Of a stretch of DNA of 64,000 bases, positions 12,501 through 25,100 are shown in pieces (position 1 is the stretch's first letter; each line of letters starts with the position of its first letter). The stretch spans positions 23,870,001-23,934,000 of the forward strand of contig CM022672.1 of NCBI GenBank assembly GCA_012295275.1. The letters run 5' to 3'. Source of the stretch: Chrysomallon squamiferum (taxonomy: Eukaryota > Animalia > Mollusca). The notes under the pieces were generated by a model. That model ran no database searches. It was not told the origin of the DNA and saw only the letters and a program-made list of their open reading frames with translations. Both the position numbers and the translations under genes were made by a program.

Positions 12501-15500
12501 TATTTATTTTAAAGTATTTGCTATGCAGATGTAACAGACAAATATTAAATTAATTGAGTTTATTGTATTTGTCAGCATTAATATAGCTGTTGCTAGATAG
12601 CTAATCAGTAAACATTTCATAATCTTCATTGACCTCTGGGAACATGGTCATTAATAATAGTTTAAGAATTTTTAATACAGCGAAAAAACTCAACTGTTAT
12701 TACACTCAATCTTAACTATCACCCAAACACATTTTCGACTGAAAATACCAGTATTTAGTTGTTATTTAACTTTAAATATAATGTGTGTGTGTCATTTTAT
12801 GTATATGTCTGTTTAATATTTTGCTATTTATTTAATAGATATATTTATTTTATTTGTAATATGTTTCTATTTTTAACATTTTGACAGGCCTGATTTGATG
12901 GTTAAGAAACTTCGATATTATGCAAGATTCATCGTTGTATGTTTGTTGCTAAAGAAAATGAAGCTTGTACGAGATCTTGTTAGGGTATGTGAAATCCTAT
13001 ATTAAATTTGTTTCATTTATGCATTTCATTTTTCAAATATATATATATATATATACATATATACATATATACATATATAAAATCTTGTTATTTTAGTATA
13101 TAAATGCTAATTGTATGAAGTACATACTACTAATTAATCCTTAAAAAGACTATCATTGCTAAATTATCCACAAATATTTTGGATTCATAAAGCAGATAAT
13201 TATGCTGTTAAGAAGATCAGAAAATCAGAAGTATGATTTTTTTAGATGTGGTTGTTTTTATGTGTGTTTATTATTTTTATTATTATCTTTTTTTCATTCT
13301 TTTTATATTTTTGTTATTTATAATAGTTTTTAATGTTTCTTTTTCAATAGGAACTTGCAAAGCAGATTGACGATTATACATCAACTTATGAACCTGAGGA
13401 TCAGCTGGAGTGGAATCTTGTTCTTGGTGAAATTAAGGCATTTATTGAGGTAAGAACTCCAATAGTAATGAGCAGTAAAATGTGCAAATATGTGTATACA
13501 GATTACTTCAAGAAACTGGTAAAAATTTGTCATATCTCTGAAAAGAAACTGGTAACATTATATAAACCTCTGAAGTTTATTTAGAAAAACATATATAATG
13601 TGCTCTACAAAAACCAGCCGTTCAGTTTTGCACATTTTGCATGTCTTACAGAATTCATTGTAATGGCAGAGTGCTTTCAGTGCAGCCTGCAGTGAAAATA
13701 ATAGAATAGTTTTTTCAACTCCACTGAGTAAACTGAAAGGTTTAACTATGCAATTTAAAACATAGTGACCATTACCAGCAATTGTACAAAACCAGTGTTT
13801 CGGCAGAGTCAAAATGAGTAACAACTGGCAAATGAAAAAAATCTGTCTACAGCCTACTAAAGTCATTTTTGTCAATCATAATTATGTGAGAGAAAAAGAG
13901 AACGAATAGCTGTTTATATATATATATAATTTCAGGCTGACAACATCATTAATGTGGTGGATGTGGACTCGTCAACTATTGTTTTATCCCATCGGCTGAC
14001 ACCACTGAATACACCTCCCTTGGACAAAGGTTCTCCAGTCTACCTCACTCTACAGGAGATACTCATTGTGGGAAACTGTCATGAGCAGGTTTGTCCAAAT
14101 CCATTTCTTTTTCTTCTTTTTCCTTTAAATAAAACTTTGTACGAATGTTCAGATCATAATCATTATTACTGATTTAAGAGATCTGCCACTTTCTTATAAT
14201 ACTCAGATTTCTGAAATTCAGTAAATAGATATTTATAATTTGCCATTCATAATAAATTAATATTTTAAAAAAATTCAAAGATGAACTCCACATAGAATTT
14301 CAGTTTCTTTTATTACTTTGCATCCTTTCTTAGATCCTAAATGCTTTTTGGTAAGAAATATTGAAATTAAAGACTATGTATTTTCAGGTGTACTTTTGTA
14401 CCATATCTGTCAATACATGGTGAACAGGACTGATACATTAGTTTCCCTGATTTTAAAATGCATTATGTTGTTTTAAACAGTTCTTCATCCTATTCTTTTA
14501 GGTTAAGTTTAGTGAGTTGACACTGGACATGTTTCGAATGCTGCAGACTCTGGAAAGAGAACCTCAGGAGGACCTAACTAATCAAATCTATGATGCTTCA
14601 CCTGCTCCTGGACGACAGCCATTTGTAAGTATTTCACTTCTTGTTTTTTTTTAATAGAAGAACAAAAAGAAATCATTGTTACAATAATTCAGTCATCCTC
14701 AAGACATTCTTCGTCTAATATCCTAAGGCTGTTCAGTGAATGTTAAAAGTATTAATTTCATGATCTTTTGGTTTTTCTTAAATGATATTTAAACAGTAAT
14801 TCAATGAAATAACCATGAGGTTTTTAGAAATATTTTCATGTATCTTATGACTTATTGGTTTGATGGAGCTGTTAACATTATTACAATAATTATCTTATTC
14901 ACATAACAGTTGAAAACCTATAGGGTCTGTTAAGGATTAATGTTAGGTCGTTAAAACAAAAATCATCAAAATTTGTTCTCTTTCATAATGTGAGAATAAA
15001 AATAAAAATTAACTGATATTTCACTCTTCAGGTTTTTATTAAATAATCTGGAACAAAAATATTGATAAACTTGTTTCACTTGCTTAATTGTCAATTGACT
15101 GCATGCTGTTTACATTGTTCAAGAAATGTATTGTGATTATTATTTATGGCTTTTCACTCATTTGCTAAGCAGCTGCTGCATTTCCTTCTAGAAATAATTT
15201 GTGGCACCTTTTCTTTTTTTCTTTTTTCACACAAATGTGACAAAAACAGCTTTACACCGAATTTTCTATGTATATAAAAATATATTCATTTAATGAAGCA
15301 AATCATTTTTTTTTTTTTTTTTTTTATATTCTCTTATTTTCTTTCATCTCCACTATACTTCAGAAGAACATTAAAAATGTGGATTTTAAAAATTAGTGAT
15401 TCAGTATATTAAAAAAATAAAAAAGTTTTTAATTTTAAATGATTAATAACATTTGGATATAATTTGTAATGGAAACATTTGGTGATTGCAAGGATGAACT

Positions 15501-18500
15501 ACTCATTCATATATTTATTATTAAAACATATGTTGATCTTTACCTTATTTATTTTAAAATGATGTCTTGTCCAACCATCAGAAGTCAGATTATATTGCTT
15601 TGTTGATTAGAACAGAGACCTGACTAGATATTTAATTGTATTCAAAAACTTTGAATTACAAATATTACTGTGGTTATTTATTTATTTATTTATTTATTTA
15701 CTCATTCATTTATTCATAGTACTTACAAAATTGTTAGATAAACATATATGACGCTGAAAAACTGAAGTATGTATCAGATGTTTCTTCTTTACTTTGATTT
15801 AAATTGGCAATTGTTTGGGATTTTCTTTTTAGACATTTATGAGACCAGGTCCATCAGGGCAGGTAATTATCAATTTCCTTGTGTCTAGGTATACATGGGG
15901 CATGGTGTATAATTAAACTAACTTACTGCTTGCCAAAACCATTCAGTTTCTTGTTGGTATACCTCAGTATTCAGATAAAAGCATTTTCTTTTTAATTGTG
16001 CCTGCTAATAATATGGTAACCTCTCTGTGCATGGAATGTATGTTATTTAATGAAATAGAAATTCCATTTCTGTGTTGCTATTGTTTTTTAATATTAATAA
16101 AATATATATATATAAAGAATAATGAAAGGCAGTGCAAACTATTTATTAGATCTTAAAATTGAAATTTCAGTTCGAAATAAAATAACATAACTTCAACTTA
16201 ATAATGGTGTAGGTGGCACTTCATAAATGGTTATGTTGTAGAGAAACAAAGAAAATACTATATACATGCTATTTTCATGTATTTATAGCATGTCAAATGA
16301 TACACTTTATTTATCATTATTAATATTTTTGTTAATTTCATTTTCTTTTTTATTATCATTTTCCCTACTTTGTTAACATATTCATGCTGCAGAATTAAAA
16401 TGTTCTAAATTATTCATATAATTTATGTAATAAATCAATAGTCTAGCTAGGTTATTTTGCCCTTATTTTCAACAATGTTCATTGTTGCATTAACAATTCC
16501 ATTTGTATATATAGTAAGCAAAAAAGTTAGCTATTTTTGTTTAATGATTGGCCTTTCAGAATTATGTACAAATAATGTGATAAAGGTTGGTAGTATGTAT
16601 GTTATTGATTATGACCTCTCGCTGTAATAAAAGGAACATTATTAATCACATTATACATCAGTGCATGTTGATGTGCAACTGCACTGTATTCATGCACAGA
16701 TGCACATGCAGGATGAATGGAGTAAAACAAAAATAACATTTCCAGACAGCAAACCATCTCCAAAAAAAGACCTTAAGAATTTCTAATATTAACATAAGTC
16801 ACTGATAGAACTTATCCACAAACCATTTCAAAATGATGCTAACCAACACATACCGAACTACAATAATTTTTTGTTTATTTTGGTACTGTATTACATCAGA
16901 TGGAGCAGGTGCAAAATGAACCATGTTCTGGTAGATCAGTATTAAGTCTTGATGTCACAGATACAGAAGTGCACCTTGTTTTGTCTGGATTTTGCAGAAA
17001 ACCACGTATTAGAATCAACCTAAAACTCTTTAAATGTTGCTATGCCACTAAATTATATGCACAGTTGATTCATTCCCCTGACAATCATTACATAGTCGGA
17101 GTGATTATGATACATACCTCTGCCATCCCACCAATACTAATTCATAAGTTAATACAGTGGTACCTTGACTTACAAGTGCCCCAACTTTCGAGTTTTTTGA
17201 GTTATGAGCAGTTGCCCTGTTGATTTTTTGCTTTGAGTTACAAGCTAGTTGGTGCAACGAACAACTCAACATCCTCACATGTTTGCTTCACACGGTAACC
17301 TCGCTGTTGAAGCATCTCTGTTTTATGAAGTTTTTTGCCAAATTTCCATGGATCCTAAGAAAATGAGTGCAAAGGACACTGCTGAGAAGATGAAGTAAAT
17401 GATGTCCATTGAATTAACACATGAAATAACGAGGTGTGCTTGTAGTCGACTTGGTTAGGCAGTATGAGCATACTATACTGAAACAAAAGGAGTCGATAAA
17501 GGCTATACTTCCAGCAAAAGGTGTTAAAATAATTTCTAAAGTGCAGATCTCTGGTGAAACCCAAACCCTGTACACTTTACAAAACCAATTTATTTCTTTA
17601 TATTCTCTTTTATTTTGTTTCTATACAATATTTGTCATTTATAAATACATTTTTCTTATTTAAATGCACATTACAAAACATTGGGAAGGTTCAGGGGGGC
17701 TGGAACATATTAATGGTCTTTCAATAAATTTCAGTTGGGAAAATTATTTTGAGTTACGAGCTTAGCCACTGAACTAACTAAAGTCAAAGTACCACTGTAT
17801 ATCCAAATGCAGTTAGTAAGAGGTTACCTGCTTCATACCAAACCAAATGCATCTTTAATACTAGGACATGGTTTGGACATGGTCATAGGGTTCAGAAACA
17901 TCCCAGTATCTTGAATGGCCATGACCTTCAACTTGCTCTGGATTAAGAATGGAAAACTATAACAGTTTATGAGATCAATAATCTTTACTAGAAGCAGTAG
18001 AAAATATACAGTGCACACACATTCTGCTTAAAGTGACAATGCTGAAATTGTGACAAAACCTTGCTGATTACATTCAGGAAAGCTATAATAATAACATTCT
18101 CATTTCTGTTGGGTTTTGTTTATTTCATTTTTTGTACTAAATTATTAAACTTTTTTGGCACTGTATATTTCTTTTTATCACTGGTCCATGCACTTCAATG
18201 ATGAAAAATTAATGTTTTTAGTGGAATGAAAAAGTATTCGGGCTGAAATATATATAAATATCTTTTTACAAAATGTGCTGAGTATTATGGAATATAGAAA
18301 AGGAAATCACATGTTACTGCTGTGTGAATTTCCATTTATGAAAAATGTATTTTGCTTGGTGGAATGAATAGTACTGTGCCGCAAATGTTTAACTGTGTGA
18401 CATTACTAATTTAAAATGCATTCAGTATTATAAAATAAAATGCAGAAACTGAGAAAGAAAAACAAAACCTGATATTATTTCAATCATTTAAAGATTTTAG

Positions 18501-21500
18501 AACTGCATGCTTAAATTCCTGCTTTTGTCTGTTTAGATACACTTATTTTATGCACCTGTATAGATTTGCTTGCATAATTATTAAATATACAAAGCTGTTA
18601 TTTGATGCAATTATGTACATGTAAAATTGTAATTAACAGTTTTCACAGTCAGTTATGTCTGGGGATAACAGATCTCTGTTTATCTATTAATTTTTCAACT
18701 TAAAAAGCTTACATCAGTCATGAAACTTTTTGTATTATTTATTTTGCTTAAATGTTCTATAATTACTCTTGAAAACATTTTCTTTCACTTTTATAAGTTG
18801 ACAACAAGTTTGGTTTTAATATTGCTTTCAGAAAATAGTTTAAAAGGATGAAAAAATTGATTTGTACTTTTATATGTGTATGTTCTTGTGTATGTTGTGT
18901 GTTTTTTTGCAAAAATATCTATATATTCAAAATAAATATTAATTACAGCCAAATTAACAGCCTTTGCTGATTGTTTTTCAAAAGGAAAATGGTGACCATC
19001 GACGAGAAAACCCACACAAGTATTTGCTGTACAAACCCACCTATGGGCAGCTCAACACATTCCTTGCATCAGCCTTCAAAGAACTTCCGCCCAATGGGGC
19101 AATGATACTGTATATTTCTGCTGATGGTTGTCTTGGGAATGCAAAACACACAGATGATGGTAGGATTTTATAGTGCAGTTATATACAACAAAGTAATAAA
19201 AAAAGATCATTTTCTGATTTCTTATCACAGGTATATACTATTTTTGTAATTACAAATTGCATATAAGCTGTTTACAGAAATACAGATAAAAGATTTTTTT
19301 ATAATCCTGTTTTTTGAATTAATATGCATTAATAATATTTTGAATTAAAAAAGAGAAATGAAAATTATAACACCAGTCATATGTTTCACATACACAGTCT
19401 TGGTTTATTATAGAATTTTTTAATTGTATCTGTATGGTATGTTTTGCAAAATGTTTAATACCCCATACCCAATACTGTTAATTAAGATATATATATTATG
19501 GAGTCTATTGAAAAACTGCTTTATTTAGTATAAATATCTCTATTTTCCAGCTGCTTATGATCTTGGTGGTGTTGTAACAAATAGTCGTAGGGACGGAGAA
19601 ATACCCAACAAGGGGAAAAAACCAGGAACTATTAAAGAAATGCATTGGTAATTATGTTAATTAATTTTCAATTTTTTATTATTTTAAACAATAAATGAAA
19701 CTTGATATAATTTGTATAATAATTATAATTATACTGAATTGATGATGTTATGTTGAACTGGCAGATATTCCTTTTTTTTTTTTTTTTAACATGTTATTAT
19801 TTTAACCATTTTTATAATTGTATCTGTAATTTAAAGAAGACTATTTTGAATAATAGAACAGTTTCTGATTAATTGTTATCTTTCATCTCCACAAACATAA
19901 TTTGCATCAAAGCAAGTTTAACCAATATGGACAAGTAAACACAGACTGCCTATGCTTGTGAAACGGTTTTTGATGTTTCACTTATAACTCTTTAAAACTA
20001 TAATTAATTTTTTGAAATGTTTTATTAAATTTTCAGACATTCCAAATTGATTCTTGGGTCTATTTCATTAGAAAAGTACTGCATCTTTCAGGCTTAAAAT
20101 GGGTCCATTTCACTAAAAGCAAAATATAACAATTGTTCTATTGCAATTAGTGTCCCGCAATTGGTTTATCTTGTTTGTATTCTGTTAGTTCATGGATTTT
20201 ATGTTTGACACTGTATACATTTATGAAAATATATTATTAAACAAAATATTTATTCCTTCCTTTTTTCATGAATTACAGTTTACATCCAGGTGACTTATAT
20301 CCCTATACAAGGAAACCTTTGTTTCTTATAGTAGATAGTGACAACAGTTCAGCATTCCAGGTAAATTTTTACTATTACCATCCTACTTCTGTTCCTTCTT
20401 ATTCTTATTAACATAAAAATACTATTACAGATAAAATGAATCTATGAAAATTTAAATATATTTTCAGTTTGTGGGGGGGGGGGGAAATTGTAATTTTATC
20501 TATTATTTTTTTTATTTTATTTTATTTTATTTTATTTTTTATTTTATTTTATTTTATTTTTTTTAATTAATTTTTTTTTTATTTGTGTATGTGTCTGGTG
20601 TTGTTTATTAGCATAATGGTTTAAAAATAATTTCATTAAATTAATTTTTAATCAACAGAATTATCCAAATTTGTTTGGACAACCATTAGTGTGCCTCCTT
20701 TCTCCAGAGCAGGTGCCAACAACAATGCAAGGTATTCTGTTTGTGTCAATAATCATTTCTTTCTCTCTAAAAAGAATTCTTTATTAATTGCCTTTAGTTC
20801 CAGTTTTTGATCTAGTACTATCTTTTATTGAAGTGTGTATGCATGCATTTTCAAACAAGGGTAGTTTGTACATTTTCAGATCAGCACCAGAAAGGCAACC
20901 TGTTCACCTTGTTTTTGCATTCCCCACTGATGGCATTGTGCTACGTGTGTAACATAGTTGACATTCCAATTATGCTTTGGGACAAGTGCCAAACGCAGAT
21001 TGATAAATTTATGGTAGAATCCAGCAAATTGTTTGTCAGAAGCAGAAAATAATGTCATTCAACATTAAAAAAAATAAAAAAAAAAAAAATAAAATAAAAT
21101 AAGAATCCAATAAATTGTTTGTTTCCCTGATCATAGAAGCTTCTGTATCTGAAAAACTTAGGAACTATTTTTAAAATAATAAAACAATAATAAAACAAGT
21201 AATATATTTTTTATCATGGTGTATTACAACTAACAAAAATAGAGAAAATAAAAACAAACACTCCCAAAACCTTTGTATTTTTCTTCATTAAAGTTTAAAA
21301 TGTACAGTAATGGTACAGTAATGCACAATTCGTGGATCAATGAAAATAACATTAAAAAATCCTGTATTTCTATTTTTCTTATTTTTTAGTTTTGTTTATT
21401 AATGTTCTTTTCATACAGTTTATTCTCTGTAATACATTTTATCAAAGAGATAAACATTGTTAATTAATTAATATTTTTTCATGTATATATTTTGGAGCTT

Positions 21501-22140
21501 TTAACTCGGGGCATTACTGTTATGGAAAGGAAGTTTCATTTACCAAATTGTATATATTTTCATTTTGTAGATCATTCCTATATGCAGTTCTTTGGAGATG
21601 ACTTTCTGAGGTTGTTACTTCTGCGTTTTGTGTTTTGCTACATTGTCCTTATTCTGCACAGAGGATTCAAGGTACTTTAACAAAACACACATTTATAAAA
21701 TTTCTACTCAAGATACTTCATTCAAAATCATAATATGTATCTTTTTCACAATACAGATGTTTTGGAAGTTTTTTTTTTTATCATTTGCAAATTGAAAAAA
21801 TGTTTTAAAAAGACATTAATTCTACAGTGTTTTTCAGGAAGACCCAATATAATACTACAATTGTTGTTTCTATTACTATTATTATTGTTATTATTATTAT
21901 TATTATTATTGTTATTATTATTGTTATTGTTATTATTATTATTATTAGTTATTATTATTATTATTATTATTATATTCTAAACTTCAGGGACCCAGCTACT
22001 ATCCTGTATCACATCCACCACTCTCCACGGATGAAATTCTTGAACATCCAGTTCTTTACAAAATAGTTCTAGATCTCGCGAGTATTCTTGAAGTACGAGG
22101 ATTGTTTGCTGAACCAGGAGAATGTGACATTGTGGCCTGA
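6441..22140 (+). CDS. SCAI: Protein SCAI (suppressor of cancer cell invasion) homolog, about 570-580 aa; one junction anomalous
   Basis: Exons 6441-6538, 7966-8061, 8241-8327, 8561-8659, 12888-12984, 13351-13449, 13936-14088, 14502-14624, (15833-15862 cassette?), 18985(or 18961)-19159, 19551-19647, 20279-20360, 20659-20731, 20880-~21053, 21571-21671, 21988-22140. Translation contains EFCHLLEKSKQLFNGLRDLPQYGHKQWQSYFGRTFDVYTKLWKFQQQHR, YGLKRWQIGEIASKIGQLYYHYYLRTSET, KKLRYYARFIVVCLL, VKFSELTLDMFRMLQTLEREP, RENPHKYLLYKP, CLHPGDLYPYTRKPLFLIVDSDNS and QFFGDDFLRLLL. In-frame TAA at 21050-21052 (see findings). Confidence 0.95.
6767..6970. repeat. Degenerate tandem duplication of about 100 bp in SCAI intron 1
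   Basis: Units start atgataatactaatgaatgttt at 6767 and 6873; both contain gtattgtttttgttaat and tttacttttc.gttaa. Confidence 0.8.
15833..15862 (+). CDS. SCAI: Candidate 30-nt in-frame cassette exon of SCAI (TFMRPGPSGQ)
   Basis: ttttctttttag|ACATTTATGAGACCAGGTCCATCAGGGCAG|gtaatt. Phase 0-0 matches the flanking exons; no stop; GC-richer than the surrounding intron. Confidence 0.65.
17155..17797 (+). mobile_element. Non-autonomous Tigger/pogo (Tc1-mariner superfamily) element with transposase N-terminal remnant
   Basis: TA on both flanks. TIRs CAGTGGTACCTTGACTT and revcomp CAGTGGTACTTTGACTT. Remnant from 17348 reads MDPKKMSAKDTAEKMK*MMSIEL..., then after a frameshift VVDLVRQYE-HTILKQKESIKAILPAKGVKIISK, typical of the Tigger HTH-psq region. 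Confidence 0.92.
21877..21973. repeat. Imperfect (TTA)n microsatellite just upstream of the last SCAI acceptor
   Basis: Read directly in the sequence. Confidence 0.9.
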
Positions 22141-25100
22141 TGAGGATACTGACATTGTCCAGGTGTTGATATCTGCAGGACAATGACATTAACAGCAGCA
22201 CGAGCAGGACACTGTCTTGGCTAAGATCTCATTACTCCAAAGACTTATTTACTCACTTTATTTACTTTATATTCAATATTTATGTATATTCGTTTTTCCT
22301 TCTTCACATGAGAGCAACATTTTACCACTATTTTCATTTGACAAGACTGATATAAAAGTTAATATAGTGACTTTTATAAATATTATGATGAGATAAATCT
22401 TATATGATTTATGAAATTAGCAGCTGCTGTAGTTTTGCTTATTTATTTCAAATATTTACATTGTTATTTCTTTTCAACAGCAAAATTTTGTTGGTTACTG
22501 CAAGGGTAGTAGTACTGATAAAGAAATACAACTGCATAACAGGAATTACTAAAATATTTTTTGAAGCCAGTTCTTTTTAAACTATCAACTGTTCTCTTCA
22601 CAAATTCAATTCTTGTTTATTTTATCTTCTAGTATATTTACATGTCAGTAGTGCTGATGCACATTAACTACTTTTTTTAATAGATATTAATGAAATTTTA
22701 TCTTGCCATGCACACTAGAAATATATCTTACTCTTTAAATTTGATTACTATTTCTCACGATATATTGTGCACAAGTTTTTTCTATCAGTAATCAGGTAAT
22801 GATAATTTGTGTGATAGTCTAATTATTATAAGATATTGTAGTTTGATTTTGGTTTTCGTACTTTATGATTTTTTCTCTGACACTTTCATGTCAGTTTTAT
22901 TAGCTAAAATGTAGCTTGCAGTGAAAATGTGGTTCTCAAATAGAAAAACAAGTTCTTTCATTAACTTACAAAAATCTTGCTAGAGTGTGTTAAATTAAGA
23001 AAACCACTGATTCCGAGTGCTATTTCTGAATTACTTTTCAGAATAATTAAAAACTATAATTCCTTTATTTATGACATTCGTAATAGCTAAATTCTGTCTT
23101 TTTCTTTATATTTATTTGTCCATGCTATTTAATTTATTGTCAGTATTGAACATTCAGATAGAAGAAAAAGAAATGATTCCTCAAAACTGAGTATGAACTG
23201 ATCTGTGATTTTGATCTATCTTTTTTTTATAATTATTTTTATGTTGCATATGTGTATATATGTTTACTATGTTGTTATGATTTGATGTAAAATGTTTTTA
23301 TATCAGTTTATGTTTTAGATTCTTTACACTGAGGTATTCATATTTGACTTCATTTATACATTGTGCTATTATTCTCTAGTCATTCACATTGGTTAATCAC
23401 ATACATTTGTCTACGCATTAAACAGTAATTTATTTATTCTTCGATACACTGGCATCATTTTTTTATCTAGAATTCATGGTGTTCCATATTTATTCATAGT
23501 GCCAAGTTATTTTCTTTTAAGTTGCCAATTTGCTATCAGTATTGATTCCATAAACTGTCACAATTTGAAGTGCACCTTAACTGAGAAATCTGCTATCAAA
23601 TTAATAATTTTATTAATGAAAATAAAAAAGAATATTTTCAATCTCTGTTCATAAAAATTCATTTTTTAGAATTTGTTGGACTAAACATTTACTTTAAGAA
23701 AGATCCAGAATAAATAATCAAAATAATAATTTCTTATTATCTGCCATTTAGCAGCAGAACAAATTGCGAAATGAAGCATCTTTTGATATAAATCATACAG
23801 AGCTCCATTATTTTTTAACATCCTGTTCAAATTGGAATCAGTGTTAACATAGTGAATTTTAAAGTATGAATTTAAATCAAAAGGAAAAAGTAATGAAAAT
23901 TCAAAATTAGTAATGTAATAAATAAACAGTAAATAATATCTTTCAAATCCTTAGTTCCAGCAAACATGTTGTTATTAAAAGTTCTGAAATCTGAAGGCAG
24001 TTAGATAACAAAATTATTATATTATTATTATTGATCTTCTTTCTCAGGAATTACTTAATTCATCATATCATTTCAGATATTCATTTATAATTTTATTTAA
24101 CCATTATATTATTTTCATTTGATTTTTATAATTATTATCATTAATTTTATTTTTATGTTCATTTTGCATTAACATTTGTTTATGAGAACTTAGACAGATT
24201 TTAAAGACTAATTTACTAACTTGAATTAGAATATATTTTATGTTTCCTTAATACTGATTTATCATACATATCTTTTGTTGAATAGATATATAATTTACAT
24301 GTGAGTTTCTAAATATTTAATTGTTTTTAGTTTTATATCAAAAGCCACATTTACAACTGCATCTATTAATTGCAGGCTTAACACTTTTTAGCAGTGCCAA
24401 ATGTCATCATTATTTTCAGATAAAAATGATTAACCATATCAAAGATTATAAAAAAAATTCTACTAGAATGCAACATTTTTTAATCTTCCTTTATTTCTTA
24501 TAGTCTGCTGGACTATTCTGAGTTTAAAGTAAATTAATTATTAAACTGTTCAGATTATTCACAATGCTTTAATTTCAAATTTATGGATGTTATTTAACTA
24601 ATATTAATATGTACTGATACATATATATATCATCAGAGGGTAATTTATTCTGCCTTTTTTTCAAAAACATCTAGTTATCTTTATTTCAGGTAAGATTTGT
24701 TTACATATTTATTGTGTGTATTCATCTTAATTTTTTGTGATATGCTGTTCATTTGTTTTGTTGTCCTTCAAACAACTGTGATGAAAATGTATAGTTTGGT
24801 TTTATATTATATCATTTTGACATTACTTTTGTGAAGTCAGTAATAGATCATGCACCTTTTTTGAAATATTATTTATTTAATGTTATTTTTATCTTAATTT
24901 ATATATTTATTAATTCTCCATCAGTGGAAATCAAATATTTAACAATTTATTGGACCAAAATTTCAGAGTGTTTTTAATTACTCAAGATATTAATGTTGGT
25001 TATCTTTTTTTCAATATTTATTTATTTTATATATTACTGCTATTATTTATTATAACTTAAAAGTTACTTATTTATGTATTTTTTGTAATGTTGTGTCGTT

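Noticed and set aside
16900-17223. 107-aa ORF, or a 9-nt microexon (cag|ATGGAGCAG|gtgcaa), in a SCAI intron
   Set aside because: The ORF has no recognisable similarity and runs into the Tigger end; the microexon donor is weak. Unsupported without RNA data.
21977-22201. Antisense or alternate-frame ORFs over real exons (also 3292-3546, 27974-28345, 30607-30897, 36667-36930, 40648-40857)
   Set aside because: They are shadows of the true coding exons.
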